A DNA stretch of 64,000 bases. Source: Camelus dromedarius. Lineage: Eukaryota. The translations under genes and the position numbers were made by a program. Positions 36,228 to 48,890 of the stretch are shown here, piece by piece. The DNA lies in NCBI RefSeq assembly GCF_036321535.1, contig NC_087437.1:86552001-86616000 (forward strand), in the 5' to 3' direction. The notes under the pieces are model-generated. The model was not told where the DNA came from, made no database searches, and worked only from the letters and a program-made list of their open reading frames with translations. The first letter of the stretch is position 1. Every line of letters begins with the position of its first letter.

Positions 36228-39200
36228 TGAATAGTGTTTTAAAACATTAAAAAAAATAGTTTCCAAACTTAAACACTGGGAGATATCACTGAATTAGCTG
36301 AAATTTTGGCCTTTCCTGAAACATAGTACACGCTAGCAAAGGGGATTCAGATTCACAGAGGGCAGCGGCAGCTGAGGCTGAGTACTTGCTGCCCTGCTGT
36401 CTGCTTTGGATGGGGTGACCGTGCTCCTGTTATCCGCAGTCCAGTCCACACATTTGTGTCCCTGTTTTGCCTCCAGATTAGCCCCTGTAGGTTTTTGAAT
36501 TATTCCTAGGAAAAGAGACCTCTCTATGTTTAGCCCAACATCTTCAAACAGACTGTTTTGGTTATGGAAGCACTGTTTTCTCTCTCCTCCTTTCTTTGGC
36601 TTACTAGGCCCCAGGAAATGGCTGGGTAGCCAAAAGTGATACACAGAGACAGCAGAAATGAATTGTACAAGAAATCAGGAGACTTTTTTAATTAGGGGAG
36701 CTGATGAAAAGTAGGGGAAAGGAAGATGGGACTCTAGAGATGGAGTAGAAGAAATAACTATTGAAAGTTCTCTGGAGGTGAGACTAGTTGGGGAGTTTAA
36801 ATAAAGGATGCCCAGTATTACATTTTAATGCATTTTCTGTCCTTCTCTAGTGACAGGACTTTCTCTGTTTCGTCCTAAGCCTTGCAGAAGATCCTTTTCC
36901 ACGTAGTGCCAGCTGGGTAAACACTGGGAAATGAAGGGAATGGGATGCTTCACTGGCTTCCCATTGGTTGGCAAATAAGTATACACACAGGAGGCATAAC
37001 AAGGGAACAAAAAGAGAATTCAGCAGAGGAAGAAACTAAAGATGACAAGGAACTGCTCCCAGCTCACCCTTCCTGTATACTGGGTGATAAACTAATCTCT
37101 ATGTATCTCTTGAAATGGGGAATCTAAGCCTATTTTTCTTTAAATATCACAGTGTGACTCCTGAAAGTCAGAGGGAACACTGATATTCAAGAGTCCGACA
37201 AAGGAATTAACAATAGTTAAAACATTCTGTTAAAAATCTAAACCATGAGGGGCTTCTTTAACTTTAAACTTTGTTTAAAGAGTTGTTGTTTTTCAAATCT
37301 TAACAGCAGGCAATTAGTCAGAAATAATTTCTGTCTGTTGAGATGGTAAATGTAAGTATCAAGAAATCTATCTGAATACTTTAAGGTACATACATAATAA
37401 GGTGGACTCACATCTAAAGAGAAAGTTAGATTCTAAAGTAAGAGCATGAGACAAAAATCCCATGGTTAAAATTATTCTGAAAAATTTCTATACTGCCCTT
37501 CCATCACGAGAGTGAGGCTCTTTGCATTAACTCTGTAACCTCATACCCTGGGGAAGTAGATGACAAGATAAAGTATATCTTCCCACTCCCTCCACCTACT
37601 CCCACACCTGAAAGTGCAAGCACACAGAATAAAAAATTGAATGTATGTAAATGCCACTCCACTATGTCTTAAAATACGTTGATTTTGAGAGTTCTATTGT
37701 AGTGTGATTCCTGGTACTCTTTTTAAAAGTGCCCTCAAGTTTTGATTTTATTTTTCTTTTCAGTATGCTGTTTCTAATATTTAAATAGAATTGTTTTGGG
37801 TAACCATGAACTTTTTTTTGAAGGGGGCAGGCTGTGTTTCACCTAAATATGGTACAGCTAATGTTGTGTTTCTTAAAGCAGTGGTCACCCTTTGCTTGTG
37901 GGATATGTTACTATGTAAATAACAGCCTGATGAAACTTACTATGTGGCCTCAGTTTTCTTTTCAAGCTTGCTTTTAAAGGAGGCTGACTCATCCAAAGGA
38001 GGATTATTTAATCAACCCAAATCCTACCTACACAGTACTGCACATCTCTTTACAGTTTGTGAGATACTAGTAACTCTCCTGACTGTAAAACCACACACAT
38101 GCCAGCTATTTCCCACACTTTTTAACAGTGTTGAGGAGAAGATGGGAGAAATGCACTGAGCTGGAAAATTTTATGAAATTTTTTTAAAAATTAAAAGCTA
38201 AGATTGACCTGATTCTAAGTCCTGTAACTTCTTTTTACATTCTCTTCTCATCTATACTTACATTTCTCTTCTTTATATGTACTTCTTATCTATGGCCTTG
38301 TTAACATTAAGTAAATCAGAAAAATATCTAGGATTTAACTAAAACGTTATTGTTTTCTTTAGGGTCCTAAAACAAAACTTTATAATTTATAAATGTTTTG
38401 AATAGAGCTAAAATCAACACATCTGTTTTTTGTTTAATGACAACTTTTAAGGTGTGGCTGGGGACAGGATTCATCCATCTTTGGGTTCACTCAATTTTGC
38501 CAAACTGAAACTTACATACCAGCCTGTCTGTGTTTCTATAAAATTGTTATAATGTTAGCATGACCATGGGAAAAGGTTTTTTTTTTCCTTCCCAGATTGT
38601 ATTTTATTACTGCTGGTCCAACAAAGATTGAACCAAATTGTAAAATATATATCTGGAGTGCATTTCTGTTGAAAGAAAAGACAGATAGAATCAACCCCAA
38701 ATAAACTTAATTTGTTAAAATATTTTATTCTGAAGGGTGCATCACGTTTAGAATGGGCTTATAGTGTAGCTGAATACTCTACAGAAAATTACTCTGAATA
38801 AACAGATGATTTGTATTTGTCACATTAATGTTTGCGAATTTTTAAAAAACCTGTGAAACCTGCACTATTGAAAATTGCATATGTGGTCCCAAGGATTATC
38901 TCAGTGAATTGACCAGATTGTTTCTGTCATTTGGAAGATTCACTTAACACGTGCTAATAGGCATGATACCTCTTTGCCACTTGCTCACTGAGGACTTGAA
39001 ATTCTTCATCCCTGCAAAAATGCCTTTTAAATGATTATATTTGCATTTCAGTCCAGAAAGCAAAGCATCAAATATAGATGTACACTGAAGATTAATTTGG
39101 CCATCTGAGAAGAAGAAATATAGGAAAAGTATCGCTTAAACACCATGGTGCATATGGAGGTACTTGAGCTAAAAAGAAACGGCACTAAAATATATTTACA

Positions 39201-41504
39201 ACTATATAATTACTTCATCATATGTAGAAGCAAGAGCTACAATCTATATTCTCTTTACATTTAATCCCTAACGGGTAATTTACTAGGCTCCCTAGAAAAT
39301 ATAAAATGACAGTGCTCTGTTCTCAGACCCTGTTAGCCATCTATACTGTCATGTATAATTAAAGGAGTAGAGTCCCTGCTTTGAATCTTACATTCATGAG
39401 GACTTCTTGTACTGTAATCAGAATTGTGGGCATCTTAATACATTATTTTTATCTCAGCTCAGTGCTATATATTTTATGCAACTATTTTGCCATTAATTTT
39501 GTTAATACTTCTTTTTAGTCACAAGGAGGAGATAGTAAAATGAAGTCATTAGCTGATCATCAAGTGAAACAAGTCAAAACACATGGCTCTCCTAGGCTAT
39601 GGGTTATGTAAGCCAGTACATGCACTGAACCAGGAAAGGATTTATTAGCTAGGCTATTGGCTTCCGTTCTATTCTAAATACCTCACCTATTGATATGAGT
39701 AATAGAGTTGTATCAGAAGGATGGTATAGAGCTAACAGATCAACCTTGGAGGGCTCAGAGTTGCCTCTTGAGGTATTCATTGGAAATTTATTTATGGCTG
39801 ATCTCACTGGCATTGCTGGAAAATCTTTCTATTCTACTAAACAATTTCACTTTGTAGGAAGTTTCACTTCCCTTCCATTGCCCCTTCTCCTTTCTCTCAC
39901 ACACACACATTCCCATATGATGCACACACACAGAGCTTCCTCATATTATAAAGATGTCATTCAAAATTACTTCACATTGTTACGGAGTGTATCTTTCAAA
40001 TCTGAATGGGTGAATTTATGATGGTGAGGAGGATGTTTATGTTAAAACCATTAAAATGAAAATGTTGTGAACAGACATTTCTTTGAGCAACAGGAAATGA
40101 AGCAGATTGTGATTGGGTTTGAAGTTTATATCATTTCCAGGGATAAAGAGACTCTTTGATGAGTAGAAACTGATTTGACTATAGGTTTCCTTGTCAATTC
40201 CTCACATCAGTGAGTTATGAAACTTCATTCTGACAGCAGAAAATTAACTCACTCTGCTGTCTTGATTGCTTTCTCACAGAACTCCCTCCATGGCTCTGTA
40301 CCAGCAATTGTTGAAGCAGGAGAGGGAGAGTGGATTTGCTTCGTGGTGAGTTGAGCTCCATCCCCCATGAGGGCAAGGGATCTGAGATGGGGAAGTCAGC
40401 CAGGAGGGAAATATTTCTCATTACTTCAGTAGTCTATAGCAAAATTTTAGGTAGAGAGTTTTATCTGTATAGAGATGTGATGGTTGCTTTACCCAGCATA
40501 AGAGGAAAAGACGAAGCAGTTTTATCACCATTTCCTTGTTAATTAAAGTTTAGGGTAAAATTATTTCTCTCTTATAGAGACCAGTGGGAACATCTACAAT
40601 AGGAGGATTTTGGCCCAAAGCCCAGTACAAGATGGAGTGCAGAAATACTTTCCAGCACTGGGGACATTTGATGGTCACTAAACAAACACTGGAACGCTAT
40701 CGTGATTTCAAACTGGAATGCCTGGGAAGGTGGGATTTTTTTAAACCCTAAATAATGTGCCATTATTCATTGACTCAGGAAGATTATAAAGCGTTCATGG
40801 TCACCGGGAGCTAGGAATGTCTGTGAAGAAAAAGGCAAGTTGTTTGTGCCTAATGATTTTCATCCTTTTTGTGATTTCTTGGAGGCTTGATTAGTTTGAT
40901 AAATTGGATATCAGTTTATAGGGGCCATGCACAGGGTAAGTAAGTAAACAGGAATATTTCATTTCCTTTATAATGTAGCGTATCACTCCTTGGGTCACTT
41001 CCATTCCCCTGCTGGACAACGTGAAGGGTCTTGGTTTGGAGCCTAGCAAAAAAGGGACTGATTATTGATACAAAGAATTCATTGAGTACAGATAATTACT
41101 TTTCATTTACATACATTTTTTCCTGTCCAAGTCACTAATGGAGGGTGGGTGGCCCTTTCTAAGAATCTGGGTACTTTATCTGAAGAAATTAGTTCAAAAC
41201 ACAAAATCTCTTAGAAGTATCATATTATCCTAACATTTTATGACACTTTTTCATTCTTTTTTGTATTTCTCAGCTGGCTTTAAATTAAAGATAACTACTC
41301 ATTACAAGAAATAAAAACTAAATTTTCTTACTAGCTGACTAATTTCAATTTTTCAGTAACTTGCTAAGTGTATGCATATGGATGCATATACATATAAACA
41401 TACAGTTTATGTATCTATAATCTCTGTTCTTTAACTAAAAATACATTTTTTCCCTATGAGAAAGTTGTTTTGTTTCATTTGCACAGATTTTATTTTAAAA
41501 GCAT

Positions 41505-42940
41505 TGCCAAGGTATTAGAGGGTCTCGAGAAGAGTTATGCCCAGACATGTGCTAAATGGAGAATGAGTTGACTATGGATAAGGGCGGGTGCAAGGGTACC
41601 AGCTAGGAGGCTATTGCTGAAATCAAATAACAGAAGGAGTGGCTGGGACTAAAGTGATGTGGTTCAGATTGAGAGAAATGAGAAACTTATATTCTCAGTA
41701 TGAAGCTAGATTGACTTGCTGGTGGGCTGGATTGGATGTGGGATGTGAAGGAAAGAGAGGAGTCATAGATGACTCCTTGGATTTGGGTCTGAGTAACTCC
41801 ATAGGTTGGGGTGCCATTTACTTGGATGGAGAAGACTTGGAAGAAATGGCTTAGGGGTTGAAAAAATAAATCTTATTTTTGCTATGTGAAATTTGAGGTG
41901 CCTGTTTTGCATTTCTAATTAGAATCAGTAAGTAGCAGCTAGATTTGTAAGTTTGGACCTCAGTGAAGAGATAGAGACCTAAGATATAAATTTACTATTC
42001 ATCTGCATTTACATTTTATTTAAAGCCATAATAGTGGGTGAAGTATGTGTAAATAGAGAAGAGAAAGGATATAAGATACAATCTCAGGGGTCTGTGTAAA
42101 TAGAAAAAAGAAAGAATATGAGACCAGGCTCTTAGCCAGTCTTACATTTAGGTTGGGGGAAAAAGTCAATAAACAAGACTGAGAAGGAACAGTTAGTATG
42201 TCAGAACTCAAGTCAGAAGAGTATGGTTTTCTAGAAACTAAGAGACAAGACATTTTGAAGAAGCAAGTACCAATCAACTGTGAAAATACTGTTTGACTCA
42301 GAATGAATTATTTGAGAAATGTGAGAATGTAAAAAGCACTTATCTGATCTTGAAAGATGAAAGTCATTGTTAATCAGGATGGAATACTTGGCATGGTAGG
42401 AATTTCAGCCTGTCTGGGGTGGGTTAAACGCAGTGTAGAAGAGGAAATATTCTAAATACAACAGTTTAGAAAAGAAGAGGAAAAGACAAATGAGGCAGTA
42501 AAGGAAGAGGAACATGTGATCAAAAAGGGATTTCTAAGGTGGGAAAGAATTCAGCCTGTTTGTCTGCTGATGGGCATGATTCAGTAGAGAAGAGGAAATG
42601 ATGATGTAGGCAGGGGGGTGATTTCAGTACAGACGCCACCAGGTAGGTGAGTAATTGGTGTTCGGAACATGGAGGAGTTCTTGTCTTATCATTTCCACTT
42701 TTTCAATTAATTAAAAAGTGAGATTTCAGCTAAAGGAAGAAAGCAGGGGTGTTGGAGTTTTGAAGAGAGAAGTGTGAAGTAGTCTGATCAAAAAAAAAAA
42801 AAAAGGAAATTGAATTAATAGGAAAATGTAATGTTGAGGCTGTTTGGTATGGTAGTAGACTTTGGCACCTGAGGATTCAGTGGTCAGGGTTTCAAGGATT
42901 TTAGGATGAATTAGATGACTTTTGTCATTTTGCAGAGGCA
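41505..42940 (-). mobile_element. L2 ORF2-region fragment
   Basis: ccagctaggaggctattgctgaaatcaaa, ggattggatgtgggatgtgaaggaaagagaggagtcatagatgactcc, gtgaaatttgaggtgcctgt and aaacaagactgagaaggaacagttag are typical antisense L2 text. Confidence 0.85.
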
Positions 42941-43999
42941 TGAATTTGAGTCACACACTGGAAAATGAAAGTGTCTCACCTAGGTGGTAAATAAATTTCT
43001 CTAAAAATTCATATAAGAAGATTCAAAAAGACAAACTAACAATGAAAGTAGACATTTTCCCTTTCATATTATCCCTAAAAAGAAAGCATAGCATTGAGGT
43101 TGAAAGTGAAGCAGATATCAAAGAGTCTAAAAGAATGATCGTTCTTAATGAGAAAGAAGTTTTAGGTACATTAAAGAGTGAAATGTCTAGTTTAGTGACG
43201 ACCTGGACTAGTGACATGAACAAGCATACCCCATCTTTGTGGAAACATGATAAAGTATGACTGGAATGTTCTAGCCAAGGTTCCAACTACCCACATGAGG
43301 ATATTCTTAGGAAACACGTGGCTCGACTAAAATGTGATTTGAGAGAAAATCAAGAGCCTAGACAGTAGATTCACAAAGGTTCTGTAATGTATCCCTCACT
43401 ACATCCAAATTACTTCACTTTCTGGCCCATAGTTTTCATAACCCTTCTGTTTCCAGTTGTATTATAGGCTTGCAGATTTAGGTAATAATCACTAAGTTCT
43501 ATTTCATCATCATTCTGAGTATGTAGAAAAATAATTATTTTCTTTCTACACTGTTGAGTGTATTTAAAGATAACAACCAGTATTTGTTTCATACTTTTCT
43601 TTAAAAATCACTTTCAAATTTATATCATATGATCATTAAATCAGCCTCATCAAATATATATTATTAGTATCATCAGTGAAGTTTAAAGAGATTTGGTGGT
43701 ATGTTTGTGCTCATACAGCTGAAGAAGAAACCAAGTTCAGATTCCAAAAGTGCCCGCTGGTAATCACACCAAAATAATAATGATCTTCAATCTTGCATTT
43801 TTTATTAAGCTTTTTCTGGCCAAGAAATTCCTCAACTAAGTTTTGTGTTTAATTGCAATATTTTTCTTGTTTAAAATCTTATTTTGCGTGTGACAAAATA
43901 AGAATTTGTAATAAGGGAAATCTTCAGAAACAACAAATAATAAATAAATAAAATAAGTTCTGAAAGAGAGTCTTACAAATCATCCAATCTAAACTCCAG

Positions 44000-44300
44000 C
44001 TTTACATATTAGACAACTGAGTCCCAGAAAAATTGAGAGAGTTGTTGCAGGTCATTCAACTAGTTAGTAGGATTACAGCTGGGATTATATTTCTTGACAA
44101 CTATCTCAGTGTGTTTTCCATTGTGTTACACTGTCTGTAGAAACTTAACTGCAAAACCACCAAATTTGAGAGCTGGAAAGGACCCTAGAGATTGAGCTTC
44201 AACCCTCTCATTTTATGAAGGAAGAGATACAGATCCAGAAAATTAAATTGTTGCTGCGAAGTTACATAGTGAGTATAATAGGAAGTTAATGTGGGACTGT
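44000..44300 (-). mobile_element. Two MIR/MIR3 fragments
   Basis: tttacatattagacaactgagtcccaga with caactagttagtagg, and agagctggaaaggaccctagagatt with ccctctcattttatgaaggaagagatacagatccaga. Confidence 0.7.
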
Positions 44301-44760
44301 GCCCGCCGCAGGTTTCCACTGAGGTGCCATAAGGAAAAGTATCAGATAGCAGAAAGTGTAGGCAGACATCCCATCCCCATATACTGATTTTTAAAGGAAA
44401 TGGCACAAAAAACCCCTATGATCTTGCACCCCTCTGCCAGATCAAGGACAAGAAAAGATATCAGAGATAGTGGAAAGGGAAAGATAATTGGTAAGGAGAT
44501 TTCTGTGAGAGCTTGTGCTTTACTCTGAGACCCCAAACTTAAATTTTGGGACATGCTGATTTCTTAGCCCAAGCCTTAGGTCATCTTTGAGAGAACCATT
44601 TGATATGACCCCACCACGTTTGGTGGTAAGAAGAGCACTGCTTTGGGTTTGCTTAAAGTCTCAGAGTTTTCACTGAATATGCCACCATTTCTTGTGAATC
44701 AGATATGGGCCATTTAGAGTGAAAGAGCCAACACGAGACTTTTGGATCCTGTCGCACAGT

Positions 44761-44779
44761 GCTGCACCAGGGGGCAAGA
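44761..44779 (+). promoter_or_regulatory. Candidate CTCF site
   Basis: gctgcaccagggggcaaga matches the CTCF core CCACCAGGGGGCR at most positions. Motif match only. Confidence 0.35.
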
Positions 44780-46714
44780 AGACCTCAGCAGCAGGAGAAA
44801 GAAGATGCACTGTGGAAATGCCTAGGACCTGAGACTGCAGTATTGAGCTACCAGCTGGCAAAGGATTTAGGGCTTCTCAGGAGGGAAATTCTGCAAAGCC
44901 CAAGAGAAAAGAAGTTGATTTTTATCATCCCTCAAGATCAGAGATGACAGTCAGCCTGTGATTGCAGTAGTCCTATGAACTATCTAATCTCTTCATTCTT
45001 TGCAGCTAGTGAGTGAAGGAAGATCTAGATCAGGACAAGGTGAGGGCAGAGCGACAACTGCAGGCTTTTAACCTGAGGCATATCTGGGTTGCAGAAGAGG
45101 AGAAGATTTACTGATCAAAATATTGCAGTGGACTTTCTACATTCTGAAATGAGATTGTTTCTGATTTACAAAGATTATAAGACATTGTATCGTCTAGGAG
45201 TGAGGTCTAGGAGTCAGTGGGAACAAAGCTATGTGACTATCAGAGTTTGCATCTGGATAGTGACGGTTACATCCAGAAGAAGATAGAACTGAAGTTGCAT
45301 TTTGTTCACAGTCCATGGGTCGACATGTATAGCACACTGGTTACAGGAATCATCACACAGTCTCATCGAGGACTTCTGCCACTGCACTCTGCTGTCTCAA
45401 AGTGAAAGATGTGAGCCTTGAAAGAAGAATAAATTTATTTGGTTTTTATGACTATTTGTCACAGAAAATTGAGAAAATATTCATATCTTGAAAGTCATTG
45501 TTTCTTTTTAAATTTCCTCACATGATAGATTTTCAGTGATGTTTGGCGAATGAATGAATGCGTGGGATAAAGGGCTGCCATCACTGAGAGGCGTGAGGTG
45601 GGGAGTCGCTACCGGCAGACAAGCAGGAACAGCTGCAGACACTAATGCCAATCAGAAGGGAAGCTGACGTCTGGGGCAGCGAGGGAAGAAAAACACAAAC
45701 ATTCTGCTGTGTGCCAAGACTGTCCACTAGGCCCATCCCAACTGTGTTTAGGACACCAGCAGTGAAATGTAAACATGGGTCAGCTGAGTTATTTTACTTT
45801 GGCCAAGTTATGTACACAATGTGTATCCAGGCTTTCAATCAGGAAAAGAACATACGGAGCTTGCTAGCCTGTTTTTAAGGCCGTGGAACTTGCAATAAAT
45901 CTTGTTCTTTCCACCTCAGAAGGATCAACAGGGACAGCAGGAGCCCTGCCTTTTCCCCGCCACAACTGGCTCTAGCATATGCTCAAAATCATCTTCCCCG
46001 ACTTGCACTCTCGGAACTGGACTGCAGCCACCAGTGGGGCTTCTTCCAGACTTAGTGCACAGTTACAGCACTTCTTTCAGCCTGAAGGACTGGAGGCTTG
46101 ACATGAGTGACTTAGCAAAGGTCCAAGGCCCGAGTGTCACCAGACTGTTCTGTCTCACACACTGGCTGAAGAACTTGGTTATGGATGCAGGCTTTTATTC
46201 TTAGGCAGAACCCAGTATCCTGATAACACAGGTAATGTTAATGCCACATGCCCTGTGCCATGCCATTGGAGAGAAACATGTAGGAAAGATATGATAATGA
46301 ATTATCAAGAAAGCAACCAACCGTATTGTTGGAATTGCACTGAAGGACATTAGAAAGAGAAACTTTTTTTTTTTACACATTTATAAATCATCCATAGAAT
46401 GTTTGATGTTGTAAGATCTAAAGAATAGTTAGTGGTTAGATTATTATTTTTAGACTTTGGTGGAAATTTTCCAATCATATGGCTTGTCTTGTGAAAGTAG
46501 TATTTTTTGTTTCTTTCCTTGATTAATTCAGACACCCTGTAACAATATTTCAAGTGTGCTTTTAGTTAATATACCCTCAGGTAGCCAATGCCCCAACTTG
46601 TCACACCGCGAGCCATTTCAGGTTTTGTTATATTAAAATATACAGTCCCGTAAAGCATATATGATGGAACACAGTGGAAATCTGCAGTGCTATTTTAAAA
46701 ATTTTCTCAATCCT

Positions 46715-47105
46715 GATTTGGTAGCTTGCAAAAATGGCCACAGTTCTCCCCCTGTTCCTGCATCCAGGACTTTAGCAATGTGACTTTACACTTCGAAAAT
46801 CTTAGCTGACCATGTAACTTGTTTTGGCCAATAGAATGCAAAATAAGTCATATTGTGCCTGTTCTAAGCCTGGGCCTTAGGTTATTTCTGTCACCCTGGC
46901 CAACAAGATGAAAATCGGCACCCATCTTAGTAAGGCCATGCAAATTTGGTGAGTGCCTGACCCACCAGCTAATTGTAGCACCATAAGTGAGCCAAATGGA
47001 GATTAGTTAACAGCCACCTCACCCACAGAACTGTGAGCCAAAAATGAAAAGTTATTGCTGTAAACCACTAAGTGTTGGGTGGTTTATTATGTAGCAATAA
47101 TTAGT
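46715..47105 (+). mobile_element. MaLR solo LTR, MLT1 family (MLT1G/H-like)
   Basis: aaaaatggccacagttctcc, catgtaacttgttttggccaatagaatg and cccacagaactgtgagcc...taaaccactaagtgttgggtggtttattatgtagcaata. Confidence 0.85.
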
Positions 47106-47305
47106 CAGTATTCCTCGTTATATCATTTATGGTGTTCATTTTCCCCTCATTTTTACAAGTCCACATTCTTGGCCGTGAAACTGTGAGATTGTCTAAAGGT
47201 TTACTATTGGTAAAGACCACAGCTAAAGGCAGACTTTGTCTCTATGCCATTGCCCTGGTTCACTATAACTTTGGGAAACTTCTGCCTCATAAATATTATT
47301 ATTTT

Positions 47306-47684
47306 TTAATATATTTTTATTGAAGTATAGTCAGTTTACAATGTGTCAATTTCTGGTGTACAGCACAATACTTCAGTCATATGGGAACATACATATATTC
47401 ATTTTCTTATTCTTTTTAACCATAAGTTACTACAAAGTATTGAATATGATTCCCTGTGCTATACAGTATAAACTGGTTGTTTGTCTGTTTTATATATAGT
47501 AGTTAGTATCTGCAAATCTCCAACTCCCAATTTATCCCTTCCCTCCCTCTTCCCCCCTGATAACCGTAAGTTTGTTTTCTATGTCTGTGAGTCTGTTTCT
47601 GTTTTGTAAGTAAGTCTGTCTTTTTTTTTTTTTTTGATTCCACATGTAAGTGTTATTATATGGTATTTTTCTTTCTCTTTCTGA
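47306..47684 (-). mobile_element. 5'-truncated, lineage-specific L1 3' end with an approximately 24-bp TSD
   Basis: tttttattgaagtatagtcagtttacaatgtgtcaatttctggtgtacagc, gattccacatgtaagt and ttttctttctctttctga. TSD ctgcctcataaatattattatttt at 47282-47305 and 47685-47708. Confidence 0.92.
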
Positions 47685-47819
47685 CTGCCTCATAAATATT
47701 ATTATTTTCATTAACACAACAGAGAAAAGAAAGAGTAGAAAAGAATCCCTTGTCCCACTGCTTTGCAGCTGTAACATCACTGGCCATGGGGGTCAAGCAT
47801 AGGAGTATACCATCCAACC

Positions 47820-47935
47820 TGATTTGAGGTCATGAGCCTTGAGGGTAGTAAAGTGTCTTTTTCAATTTTGTATTCCATGTAGCCCTTAGCCCACTGCATT
47901 AACACACAGTAGTGGCTCAAATACAATTGCAAGAA
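47820..47935 (+). mobile_element. L2 3' end fragment
   Basis: tgagccttgagggtagtaaagtgtc, tgtattccatgtagcccttagc and cacagtagtggctcaaatac. Confidence 0.55.
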
Positions 47936-48439
47936 ATTAAACCGATTTCATTTGAACCACTAACTGTAATAAGGGAGGACATAGTACCTTCTGCATCCAG
48001 CAGTTGCATCCCCGTTTTATATACACTACCCAGCTTTGTGAACAGTCTGAGATACTTAGGAGCCTATGAGATTCGGTCAGGATTTGTGTCAGCTCTCAGG
48101 GAATATTCAAAGTTTAAGAAAAATCTCTAAAATCCGAGAGACTTATATCTGCAGGTACTCTGACTAGACCCAAATTAACATGTAGGTGTCCAGAAAGGTC
48201 TGGACTGAAGAAGAAAGCTATCAGCCACTGTCTAATTTCTTAAGCCTTAAACATGTGAATTAAAATTCTTTGGGTCCAGGCTGTGATCTGAGAACAGATT
48301 TCTTCCCAGGCCTTATTACATGAACTCAATATCCTAGAGAGTAAACAACTTTTCCAGGCTAGCACACAAGAGCTACTCTAAATGTAGAGGTATAGTATGA
48401 TAATCAGTATGTCTTTTCAGGAGGTTGCCAGGAGATCCC

Positions 48440-48890
48440 CCCCGATGAGACCCCTCTCACCTCCTCATTCATCACGCCCCTCCATATGCTTCAGCTATCC
48501 TGAGCACTTCCTCTGTTTCCTACTTCTGTGCTTTGTGCGTCTTTTTATTCCTGCCTGGATTGTAATTTTCTTACAATGTTCTCTTGGTGTCACCTTTTCA
48601 ACTTTTAAAACTCAATTCAAGTGGATTCTTTTCTATAAAATCCTTCCCAATTAAATTCCTCCACACTCTTATCTAAGTGTCTCTCTTTCATCATGTTTTT
48701 TTGGTGTGAATGGGCGTGTATGTGTATATTTTATTGTTGATTTTATGGGTCATTTTGGCCAGAGTTTATTACCAGATTTTTACCTCTAGAAAGGCAGAAA
48801 CCATTATTCATCTATTTTTTATATGACAATTTCCAGTTTAGTGACTGTTACATACTGACATGCAATGAATGTCTACTGAAAAAATGTGTA
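48440..48890 (+). mobile_element. L2 3' region (old)
   Basis: ttcagctatcctgagcacttcc, ttcctgcctggattgt, ttttaaaactcaattcaagt and catgcaatgaatgtctactgaa. Confidence 0.6.

Noticed and set aside
43042-43260. 72-aa ORF MKVDIFPFILSLKRKH…
   Set aside because: It abuts the L2 block, is low-complexity and A-rich, and has no splice or homology support.
45217-45405. 62-aa ORF and a Bov-tA-like gtccatgggtcg motif
   Set aside because: The match is only about 12 nt with no further BovA/BovB similarity, and the ORF is unrecognised.
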